Shown here: positions 51,550 through 60,044 of the stretch, in pieces
Position numbering within the stretch: position 1 is the stretch's first letter
How the letters are laid out: the number at the start of each line of letters is the position of its first letter
Source: Candidatus Geocrenenecus arthurdayi
GTDB lineage: Archaea > Thermoproteota > Nitrososphaeria_A > Caldarchaeales > Wolframiiraptoraceae
Assembly (NCBI GenBank): GCA_023539395.1
Contig: JAKCEX010000001.1
Location: 21,193 to 85,192 of the forward strand
Direction: 5' to 3'
Length of the DNA: 64,000 nt
Notes under the pieces: generated by a model
What the model saw: the letters and a program-made list of their open reading frames with translations, nothing else
What the model was told of the DNA's origin: nothing
Database searches by the model: none
Made by a program: the position numbers and the translations under genes

Positions 51550-52236
51550 ATGAGGATGCCTTTCTTCATTGATTTATCCGGCAAGACGATTCTGATCATA
51601 GGTGGTGGAAGAGAAGGAGCAAAGAGAGCAGAGAAGTATTCAAAAAGTGGAGCTAGAATCATAGTGTATAGTAGAAGCTTCGATGATAAGATATTAGAGC
51701 TTAGCCGCAGAGGTTTTATAGAGCTGGTTAAAGGAGATGTGGAGGATATAGGAAAGCTTGAAGAGTACATCAAACTCTCAGACATTATAATGGTTACACT
51801 AGAGACAGAAGAATACAATGATATAATATGGAATATTGCTAAGAAACATAAAGCATTAATAAACCTCGCTAATAATGCTGAGAAAACAGATCTAGTTGTA
51901 CCAATAGATTCCTCTATAGGTCCATTCAGAGTCGCTATAACAACTGAGGGTAAAAGCAGTATGGTTGCACGAGAAGCATTACAGAAAGTCATAGAATACC
52001 TTAGTAGAGAGAAAGAATTGATAAGCTTAGCGGAGATAATGTATAAAGTTAAGAGGATTGTAAGAAAGAGTATCGCTAACCCTGATACAAGATTGAAAAT
52101 ATACTATGAAGTCTTCAATAATAAAAATTTAAGAAAAGCATTGAGATCGGGTGATGAATACTTGGTTGACGAAATATTGAGGAATATATTGAAAGAGTAT
52201 GGTTTAGAGATAGGAAGCTGTGAGGAATATGAATAA
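51550..52236 (+). CDS. Precorrin-2 dehydrogenase / sirohydrochlorin ferrochelatase (SirC/Met8-like)
   Basis: P.FIDL.GK..LIIGGG, LINLAN, AITTEGKS. Confidence 0.88.
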   Translation: MRMPFFIDLSGKTILIIGGGREGAKRAEKYSKSGARIIVYSRSFDDKILELSRRGFIELVKGDVEDIGKLEEYIKLSDIIMVTLETEEYNDIIWNIAKKHKALINLANNAEKTDLVVPIDSSIGPFRVAITTEGKSSMVAREALQKVIEYLSREKELISLAEIMYKVKRIVRKSIANPDTRLKIYYEVFNNKNLRKALRSGDEYLVDEILRNILKEYGLEIGSCEEYE

Positions 52237-53611
52237 GCCGAGAATAATCATCTCTGGTGTTAGCGGCAAGATAGGGAAAACACTCATTACTTCGGCTATC
52301 ATCAGCCTGCTTAGAGAACGTGGATACAGAGTGCAGCCATTCAAAGTCGGACCAGACTTCATAGACCCTTCTTATCATAACATATTCTCAGACGTTTCTT
52401 CACGTAACCTTGATTCTATAATGTTCAATCGAGAAACTATTATCAAATCTTTCTGTAAAATTATGAAAGACGCAGATATATGTGTAATAGAAGGGGTTTT
52501 CGGGCTCTATGATAGCGTAGATGGAGTATCAGAGAGGGGGAGTACAGCGGAAATATCAAAGATTCTCAAAGCGCCAGTCATTTTAATAGTTGATGCTGAG
52601 AGGATCAATAGAGGTCTCCTAGCTTTAGTTAAAGGATTTGTGGAGTTCGATAGAAAAGTAAAGCTTGCAGGAATAATAGTAAATAAGGTAGCACATGAAA
52701 AACAAAGAGAGAAAATAGTAAGTGCTTTTAGGGAAAACTTTAAAGAATTAGAAATTATCGGTCTCATCTATAGAGACAGTCTTATCGAGGAGAAGATGAA
52801 GTATAGACATTTAGGATTAATCCCAATCTCAGAGAGAACAGATGAGATAGAAGAGATAAAACAAGCCATAGGAAAAGTCGGTAGACAAATCGATATTGAT
52901 AAGCTCATCGAGCTGGCTTCTAATGTGGAGGAGATATGTCCTCCTGAATCTGAGGAAACAGGCTTTGTGGTTAGACGTAGTATTAAGGTAGGGGTTATCA
53001 GAGATAATATATTTTCATTTTACTATCCAGAGAATATAGAGTTTTTCGAGGCTACCTGCGATAAAGTCTACAATATCGATTCAACTAGAGATTCATCGCT
53101 TCCAGAAGTAGATTTGCTCTATATTGGAGGAGGGTTTCCAGAAGTCTATGCTGAAATGCTTGAGAAGAATAAACCTTTGAAAAATGATATTAAGAAGAAG
53201 TATGATAAAGGATTGAAGATCTATGCTGAATGCGGTGGGCTAATCTATCTATCGAGTAATGTCAGGACTTTTAATGGTGAAGAATATGAAATGGTTGGGT
53301 TGATTGATGGTTACATAGAAATGGGTAGAAGACCTGTAGGTCATGGATATGTATATCTCTCAGCCATTAGAGATAATCCTCTGACAAACTTCAACCAACG
53401 CTTAATAGGCCATGAATTCCATTATTCTCGGTTAACCTTGAGAGAGAAGGTAGATTTTGCTTTCAGGGTTGAGAGAGGATACGGGGTGGATGGGTTACAT
53501 GATGGAGTAATAAAAGAGAATCTCCTAGCAATGTATACGCATCTACACTTTCTCCATAATCCAGAAGTTTTTAGAAAGTTAACAATGTGGGCAAATAAAA
53601 GTCAGCGATAG
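52229..53611 (+). CDS. dsrN: Siroheme amidase DsrN (CbiA/CobB family)
   Basis: GKT, FKVGPDFIDP, NLD, EGVFGLYD, RHLGL, GGGFPE, AECGG, HEFHYS; context is siroheme and dsr genes. Confidence 0.82.
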   Translation: MNKPRIIISGVSGKIGKTLITSAIISLLRERGYRVQPFKVGPDFIDPSYHNIFSDVSSRNLDSIMFNRETIIKSFCKIMKDADICVIEGVFGLYDSVDGVSERGSTAEISKILKAPVILIVDAERINRGLLALVKGFVEFDRKVKLAGIIVNKVAHEKQREKIVSAFRENFKELEIIGLIYRDSLIEEKMKYRHLGLIPISERTDEIEEIKQAIGKVGRQIDIDKLIELASNVEEICPPESEETGFVVRRSIKVGVIRDNIFSFYYPENIEFFEATCDKVYNIDSTRDSSLPEVDLLYIGGGFPEVYAEMLEKNKPLKNDIKKKYDKGLKIYAECGGLIYLSSNVRTFNGEEYEMVGLIDGYIEMGRRPVGHGYVYLSAIRDNPLTNFNQRLIGHEFHYSRLTLREKVDFAFRVERGYGVDGLHDGVIKENLLAMYTHLHFLHNPEVFRKLTMWANKSQR

Positions 53612-54420
53612 CCTATACTCTCTAGGAAAGAGAGTACCTCTCTATTAACTATATCTGGTCTCTCTAGCAAGACATAGTGACCATAACCCTCAATTATGAC
53701 GAGCTTAGAGTTTGGGATCTTTTCATGGACCTTCTTAGAAAATTCAGGCGGCGTCCTCTCATCTTTATCTCCAACTATTATGAGTGTGGGCACTTTTATT
53801 GTATGAAGCTTATCTGACGCATCGTATTTAGCTAATGTTTTAACAATGTTTAAGTAATCTCTCCTTCTATTTTTAGTCAAGTCCTCGACCGCCCAGTTGA
53901 TAATCTCGGGACTAGTAGATTTCGAGAACATCTTCTCAACTTCTTTCTTTACTTGATTTTCATACTTCAATGACTCGAATCCTTCAAAATCTGCGAAATC
54001 CATGAAGAGTGTAAACATTTCACGTATAGTTCTAAGATATGCTTCTATAAGCATTCCAGGTCTTTTATGTAGCCTGCTTGAAATAAGTATTAATCCTCTT
54101 ACTTTTTCAGGATGATCAAAATAATATTGTGTTGATATCATTCCACCCATTGACCAACCTATTAATACAAGTTCATCTATGTGTAGATGGTTTAGAACTC
54201 TATCTACATCTTCAGCAAGCTTCTCAACGGTTGTAGGCTTTTCTAATCTAGCAGACTTGCCATGACCTCTAACATCAATTGCAATTACCTTATACTTCTT
54301 TGAGAATTCAGGGATCTGCATCCTCCACCATTCATGAGAAGCCCACGCACCATGAATTAGTAAGACAGGTTTACCCTCACCATAAACCTCATAATAAATC
54401 TCATTATCTAAATAGGGCAT
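53602..54420 (-). CDS. Alpha/beta hydrolase
   Basis: LIHG, D.RGHG.S, GWSMGG nucleophile elbow, GD.D, GH. Confidence 0.9.
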   Translation of the reverse strand: MPYLDNEIYYEVYGEGKPVLLIHGAWASHEWWRMQIPEFSKKYKVIAIDVRGHGKSARLEKPTTVEKLAEDVDRVLNHLHIDELVLIGWSMGGMISTQYYFDHPEKVRGLILISSRLHKRPGMLIEAYLRTIREMFTLFMDFADFEGFESLKYENQVKKEVEKMFSKSTSPEIINWAVEDLTKNRRRDYLNIVKTLAKYDASDKLHTIKVPTLIIVGDKDERTPPEFSKKVHEKIPNSKLVIIEGYGHYVLLERPDIVNREVLSFLESIGYR

Positions 54421-54478
54421 CAAGAAAATCTCTTTGAAGCTTAGATTAAAACATATCTTCTTCAATCTTAATCAGCCT

Positions 54479-54938
54479 GACCCTGTCAACTTTTACTTAA
54501 GCTTTTCTCTTTATATCTATGGCCAGGTTTCTGTTATGTTTTCTTATGCATGTATTGGATTACAATGGATAGGTTGTCTAAGCTATTCAAGTTTAATAAT
54601 TATCCATTGGGTGAGAAGGCTTAATCTATTATGCTTCATATTGCTGGTTTAAGCCTTAGAGACCTCTCAGAGATGTACTATGTAACGATGGCTTCCAAAA
54701 AGAGTGTTAGGAGATGATGCCATAGATTCTCAAGGATATTCTCTGTAGAGAAGAAGTTTAGGGATACTGTTGGGAGATTCTTCAGATACCTAAAACAGAG
54801 GACTAGAAGATTCTACAACAATATAAATACTTGGAGTATCAAGTCTATAGAAGACTATGCATCAGCAATAGCAATAATAAGAAACATACTCACAATAATG
54901 AAAACACAAGAAGGCCTATTACCTGGCATGACAGGATC
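54479..54938 (+). mobile_element. Internally deleted IS6-family element
   Basis: TIRs GACCCTGTCA and TGACAGGATC; broken frame AGLSLRDLSE...VRR*.HRF joined to RFFRYLKQRTRRFYNNIN with the central DDE region missing. Confidence 0.8.
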
Positions 54939-55003
54939 ATCTCGATATTACTTGTAGAAGCTTTTTAAGAACCGTGAGACCTTTATCTATAGTTGATGAT
55001 GGT

Positions 55004-56287
55004 ATGTCTTTGAATGCTATTCATGGTCTCCTCTTAAACCATAAGCTGCTACCTATATCTAGGCTTGAGAAGTTTTTCTTTAGAGACTTGGAATTAGCGC
55101 TTAGACTATTTAAGAATGTTGGTGGTGTTGAAGGTGTAGCTATACTCCAGACATGCAATAGGGTGGAAGTATATCTTGATCTAAGAAGTGAGGAAGCAGT
55201 AGAGGAGGTAGTAGGTATCTGGAGAGATTTAACCGAAGACATGGATGTTGAGAGGAATATCCTATTGGTTAGGGGGGCCGAGGTGGTTAAGCATCTATTC
55301 AGGCTGGCTTCCGGTCTTGAATCAATGGTTATAGGTGAGCAGGAGATTCTACGTCAAGTAAAAGAAGCATACTACAAAGCATTAGCTGTTAACAGTCTAT
55401 CTCTACTACTTAAGATGATATTCGAGGAAGCTATCAGGATCGGTAAGAAGGTTAGGTCTGAGACGGAGATAAGTAGGAAGAGGATGAGCCTAGCCCATGT
55501 CGCCGTCGAATTAGTTGAGAAAATACTCAAGAACATGGATGACAAGGTAATCCTCATAATAGGTGCTGGGGAGACAGGCGAGCTAGTAAACTCTGCATTA
55601 ATGGAGAAAAACTACAGGAAGCTCACCTTGCTATTCGCTAATAGAACCTATGAGAGGGCTATCCATCTAGCTAACATGAGCGGAGGGATAGCTCTAAGAC
55701 TAGACCAGGTTGAAAACTATCTAAGAATAGCAGATATAGTATTCGTGACGACTTCCGCACCTCACTACATTATAACTAAAGAGAGGGTAGCGGAAGCGAT
55801 CAAAGGGAGAGATAAGCCCCTCCTGGTAATCGACTTATCTGTTCCTAGAAACGTCGACCCTGAAGTCTCAAGACTGCAAAACCTAAAACTCATAACAATA
55901 GACGACCTTAAAGAACACATCGACCACTCAATCTATGATAAGATTAAGGAATTAGATAAGGTAGAAGCATTAATCGAAGAGTACGTGGAGAAGTTCCAGG
56001 AGAAGCTAGAAACAATATGGATTGAAGAACTAGTCTCCAAGATCTACAGTTATGCAGAGAAGGTTAGATTAGAAGAAGTTTTAGAAGCAATGTCTATGAT
56101 CAAGACTGTTAAGCTTGATGAGAGAAGCAGAGAAATAATAGAAGACATGTCCCGAGCAATAGTCAAGAGAATACTAAACCCATTAATAGAAAACCTTAGA
56201 AGAAACTACAAAAATGTAAATAAAGTAGACCTAAGCAGCCTGTTAAGAATATATATTGAAGAAAGAGATTTTGATAAAAACGGATAA
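55004..56287 (+). CDS. hemA: Glutamyl-tRNA reductase
   Basis: LQTCNRVE, HLFRLASGLESMVIGE.EIL.Q, GAGETG, DLSVPRNV. Confidence 0.96.
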   Translation: MSLNAIHGLLLNHKLLPISRLEKFFFRDLELALRLFKNVGGVEGVAILQTCNRVEVYLDLRSEEAVEEVVGIWRDLTEDMDVERNILLVRGAEVVKHLFRLASGLESMVIGEQEILRQVKEAYYKALAVNSLSLLLKMIFEEAIRIGKKVRSETEISRKRMSLAHVAVELVEKILKNMDDKVILIIGAGETGELVNSALMEKNYRKLTLLFANRTYERAIHLANMSGGIALRLDQVENYLRIADIVFVTTSAPHYIITKERVAEAIKGRDKPLLVIDLSVPRNVDPEVSRLQNLKLITIDDLKEHIDHSIYDKIKELDKVEALIEEYVEKFQEKLETIWIEELVSKIYSYAEKVRLEEVLEAMSMIKTVKLDERSREIIEDMSRAIVKRILNPLIENLRRNYKNVNKVDLSSLLRIYIEERDFDKNG

Positions 56288-56357
56288 ACAAAGAGATTCT
56301 AAACAATAGGGAAAATAACATTCAATATCACTGTTTTTGAATATGGGAGATATAGAT

Positions 56358-56371
56358 TTTTACATAAAAAG
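56358..56371 (+). promoter_or_regulatory. Shared palindromic motif at dsrC promoter
   Basis: TTTTACATAAAAAG, 2 nt upstream of TTAAATA. Confidence 0.5.
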
Positions 56372-56417
56372 AATTAAATACTTGCATTATACATCCTAAA
56401 ATGTAGGTGGATGGATC

Positions 56418-56738
56418 ATGCCGTACGTAGAGTTTAAGGGACAGAAGCTCGAAGTAGATGAGGATGGTTTTCTACAGGAACCTGAGAAATGGAGTCCAGA
56501 AGTTGCAGAATTCTTTGCTAAGCATTTTGAGGGAGTAGAGAAGCTTACTGATGAACATTGGAAAGTAATAAATTATCTTAGAGAATACTGGCAGAAATAT
56601 GGTGTAGCTCCACCTATAAGGATGCTTGTAAAGCAGACAGGGTTCTCCCTCCAGAAGATATATGAGCTCTTCCCTTCTGGACCTGCAAAGGGTGCTTGCA
56701 AGGTAGCCGGACTACCAAAGCCAACAGGCTGCGTCTAA
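56418..56738 (+). CDS. dsrC: Sulfur carrier DsrC
   Basis: VDEDGFL, LTDEHW, LFPSGP.KGACKVAGLPKPTGCV with both C-terminal Cys. Confidence 0.97.
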   Translation: MPYVEFKGQKLEVDEDGFLQEPEKWSPEVAEFFAKHFEGVEKLTDEHWKVINYLREYWQKYGVAPPIRMLVKQTGFSLQKIYELFPSGPAKGACKVAGLPKPTGCV

Positions 56739-56779
56739 CATAACAGCTAGATATATTATATCATGTATTTATTTGTCGG

Positions 56780-57484
56780 GTGGTTGGATTGAGTCACACT
56801 GAACGTGGTGAGAAGACAGTATCTCAAGAAAGGAGGACAGCGCTAAAAATAATTACATCTATCTCATTTATTGTAAGTCTTGGTAGTCTAGCTTCACTCT
56901 TAAAATCTATTAGCCCAGTTGTTTTAGAGATCCCTGAGTGGCCACGTGTAAGGTTAGCTAATATTAATGGGATCAAGCTTAGAACATGGTATCTATTTTC
57001 TTATCCAACAAAAGATATTCCATGCCTATTAGTGAAGACGGGTAAAAGTCTTCCTTCAGGGGTAGGCCCAGATAGAGATATAATCGCATATGTTATGATA
57101 TGCCAGCATGCCAGATACTATGGTACAATCTACATCCCACCCAAAGAAGTTAGAGACCCAGAAAAACTTACATATTTGAAGACTGTCCCACCAAACATCC
57201 TGGAACTATACCCGGACAAGAATTTGCTCTATTGCCCAGCTCATGCTGGAATCTACGACCTTGAGAAAGACGGCGAAGTACTTGCAGGACCACCTTTCTG
57301 TAGCCTATGTAAGGTCGTACTTGAATATGATGAGGCTTCAGGAGACATTTATGCTGTTGGTCTTTCCCCGCCAGCCCCGGCTGTACCGGGAGTTACGCAC
57401 TGTTCCAACAATCCTGAAGAACTAAAGAGGATTATGCTTGGAAAAAAGCTTGTGACGGAGGCGTCTCTAGAAGAGAAGATCTAG
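56780..57484 (+). CDS. Tat-anchored Rieske [2Fe-2S] protein
   Basis: ERRTALK twin-Arg plus TM; GVGP..DIIAY; CQH and CPAH ligand boxes; GPP loop. Confidence 0.88.
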   Translation: MVGLSHTERGEKTVSQERRTALKIITSISFIVSLGSLASLLKSISPVVLEIPEWPRVRLANINGIKLRTWYLFSYPTKDIPCLLVKTGKSLPSGVGPDRDIIAYVMICQHARYYGTIYIPPKEVRDPEKLTYLKTVPPNILELYPDKNLLYCPAHAGIYDLEKDGEVLAGPPFCSLCKVVLEYDEASGDIYAVGLSPPAPAVPGVTHCSNNPEELKRIMLGKKLVTEASLEEKI

Positions 57485-58978
57485 GTGATCAAGTTGAGTG
57501 AGAGAAAGAGCATCATCAGTAGGTTCACGGAATGGCTTGACGAGAATTTTGGTTTTACAAAGACTATTCTCCGCCCCGCCCCTGAGTATTCTCTTAGGAA
57601 CCCCTCCTACTGGTTGGGTGCTATAAATGTTATAGCTTTCTTCACGGCGGGTATTACAGGGATAATACTCCTCCAATACTATGAACCCCATCCTGATACT
57701 GCATGGGAGTCTGTAAGTAGGATAATTACAGAAGTTCCTTATGGAAACCTCATCAGAAACATACATATTTACGCAGCTTTTTCCATGATATTCGTTACAT
57801 TCCTACATTTTATGAGGAATTATTTTGTCGTTGCTTATAGGAGGCCTAGAGAGTTGATGTGGATTATAGGTATGCTTATGGGTTTAGCTACTTTAATGAT
57901 GGGGTTTACGGGTTACCTCCTCCCATGGTATGCTCTCTCATATGCAGCTGTAGGATTCGGGATAACAATAATAAAGCAACTGCCCCAGCCATTAAGCGGC
58001 TTCCTTGAATACGTTATCTCAGGATACGGAACAGATGTAGAACTTCTGAGAAGATTCTACACATTCCATACAGTCCTGCTACCTGCTGTAATCATTATCT
58101 TGCTAGCTGTAAAACTACACATATTCGAAGTCCATGGAATAACGGAGCCCCTATCCAAGGACATCCCAGAAGAAGAAAAGAAGCTTATCCCATGGTTTCC
58201 AAACATATTTCTATACTTTGTAATCTTGGTCTGCGTCTATATTGCATCAATACTTACAGCATCGATAATATACCCATTCGGGATACATGAGAAATATATT
58301 CCTGGCGTTGTCACTATACCTATGCCTGAATGGTATTTTATGTGGACGTATGCGATAGCTAAGACGGAGTTCATAGAGGTGCTCGGCGCGACAGGCTTCA
58401 AGATCTTTATAGCAACCCTCATAATCATAACATTGATCTTCGTATTCCTACCATTCATAGATAGATGGAAAGATAAGCATCCTTCTCAGAGACCCTTCTT
58501 CATAGCTATAGGGGTTTGGATAGTAGTCCAGATAAGCTTGATGACTTATCTAGCGTGGGCAACGGCAGGCTCATATATACCTTCAGATACAGCCATTCTC
58601 TCAATAGTTATCCCAACGATAATAGTATTCATAGCTGCCTACCTATATCGATTAAAGCTGGTAAAGCCGCCTGAACTAGTATGGGAGAAGTTTAGTAAAC
58701 TGAAACAAACAAAGCTAGAGAAAACCTCTGGTAATCCTAGAGAATCCATCTTGGTGGCCATAAAATTCTTATTAACTATAATGTGTGCAGGTTTATCATT
58801 TAGGATTATCTATGGGTCCTTAAGTGAAAACTTAAGCTTCGGATGGTTTATACTTGGCTTAGCTTTCTTCGCCTTCTCTACTATAGAATCATTTAAAGTA
58901 GTTTATGTTGCAGACTTGAAGGTTGGAAACGTGGGGAGAAGATTGAGGTCTTTTGAGAGGTGGTTTGGAGTTGGCTAG
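57485..58978 (+). CDS. Cytochrome b of a Rieske/cytb complex (fused b6 and subunit IV type)
   Basis: YWLG, TG..L..YY.P, RNIH...LHF.R, PRE..W..G, TGYLLPW, RFY.FH, PEWYF, PFID. Confidence 0.92.
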   Translation: MIKLSERKSIISRFTEWLDENFGFTKTILRPAPEYSLRNPSYWLGAINVIAFFTAGITGIILLQYYEPHPDTAWESVSRIITEVPYGNLIRNIHIYAAFSMIFVTFLHFMRNYFVVAYRRPRELMWIIGMLMGLATLMMGFTGYLLPWYALSYAAVGFGITIIKQLPQPLSGFLEYVISGYGTDVELLRRFYTFHTVLLPAVIIILLAVKLHIFEVHGITEPLSKDIPEEEKKLIPWFPNIFLYFVILVCVYIASILTASIIYPFGIHEKYIPGVVTIPMPEWYFMWTYAIAKTEFIEVLGATGFKIFIATLIIITLIFVFLPFIDRWKDKHPSQRPFFIAIGVWIVVQISLMTYLAWATAGSYIPSDTAILSIVIPTIIVFIAAYLYRLKLVKPPELVWEKFSKLKQTKLEKTSGNPRESILVAIKFLLTIMCAGLSFRIIYGSLSENLSFGWFILGLAFFAFSTIESFKVVYVADLKVGNVGRRLRSFERWFGVG

Positions 58979-59234
58979 AAGTATCGAGATTGCTCTAGTC
59001 ATCCTACTTTTAGTTCAAGGTGTATTGACTGTTTTAACATGGATGCTAAACCCAATAATAGTAACTCATCAGACTCTCGCAGCTGGATATATTGCTTCAA
59101 GCTTAATCATCCTAAGCCTAATAACTTACGTCTACTATAGAGGTGAAGAGTATGACCAGGAGTGGATAGCAGCCGGTATTGGGATGATAGTCCTAATACT
59201 ATTACTTACATATCTTAAGGGAGGTGTCGTGTAG
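58953..59234 (+). CDS. Small three-TM membrane protein
   Basis: Three hydrophobic helices; translationally coupled between cyt b and dsrM. Confidence 0.7.
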   Translation: MRGGLELARSIEIALVILLLVQGVLTVLTWMLNPIIVTHQTLAAGYIASSLIILSLITYVYYRGEEYDQEWIAAGIGMIVLILLLTYLKGGVV

Positions 59235-60044
59235 GTGGACCCATTGATCTTCATCATAGGCTATATAACTCCATACATAGCATTCTTCACATTGATTTTA
59301 GGCTTGATGTATAGAGTGGTGAGATGGCTTTCAATACCAGTTCCATTCAGGCTCCCGGTTGCTCCTGCACCTATAACGTATACAGGAGTATTGAAGGGGA
59401 TGTCGTTGGACTTCTTTGCATTTAGAAGCTTACTAAAAGGTAATAAGAAGCTCTGGATAGGTGGATACGTCTTCCACGTAGCTCTAGCTATAACCTTAAT
59501 CTCTCACATAATCAATGTATACTTCCATGAGCTCTGGGCAGTCATCGGGTATGGATGGTATGAGGCGGTGCTATATTCGGGGATATTCTTCCTAGCTGCA
59601 TTATCTTTCCTCCTAGTTAGAAGAATAGTTCTTCCAAATGTGAGATATATCTCAAAGTTAAGTGATTACATTATCTTAATACTTTTGATTACAATAGTAT
59701 TCCTGGGAGTTTACATGAGAAGTTTTGGATTAGTGGATGTAGCCTCCGTAAGTGAATATATGCATAGTCTCCTAATGTTCAACCCTATCCCGCCGCCGGG
59801 TAACATATGGTTCTTAACACATTATGTTTTAGCCCAGATACTGTTTATTTACATACCATTCAGTAAAGTATCTCACTTAATCGGGTGGATCCTAGCGACT
59901 ACTAGGAATATGAGGAATATAACTAGGTGGAGGAGACATGTAAACCCATGGGATTACCCAGTTGAAGTAATTACTTGGGATGAATATTACCAGAAGTTTA
60001 AAGATGAGCTAGAAGCAATCGGACCAGGAGGTGAGAGAAGATGA
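59235..60044 (+). CDS. dsrM: DsrM membrane cytochrome b
   Basis: W...PVPFR.P, FRSL, FH...SH, RYIS..SDY, H...YIPFSK..H, TRN..N..R..RH.NPW. Confidence 0.93.
   Translation: MDPLIFIIGYITPYIAFFTLILGLMYRVVRWLSIPVPFRLPVAPAPITYTGVLKGMSLDFFAFRSLLKGNKKLWIGGYVFHVALAITLISHIINVYFHELWAVIGYGWYEAVLYSGIFFLAALSFLLVRRIVLPNVRYISKLSDYIILILLITIVFLGVYMRSFGLVDVASVSEYMHSLLMFNPIPPPGNIWFLTHYVLAQILFIYIPFSKVSHLIGWILATTRNMRNITRWRRHVNPWDYPVEVITWDEYYQKFKDELEAIGPGGERR

Noticed and set aside
52229..53611. Cobalamin biosynthesis (cbiA/cobB) call
   Set aside because: No other cbi/cob ring-modification genes are present; context favours DsrN.
54434..54652. 72-aa hydrophobic ORF
   Set aside because: Alternative frame across the IS6 relic left end.
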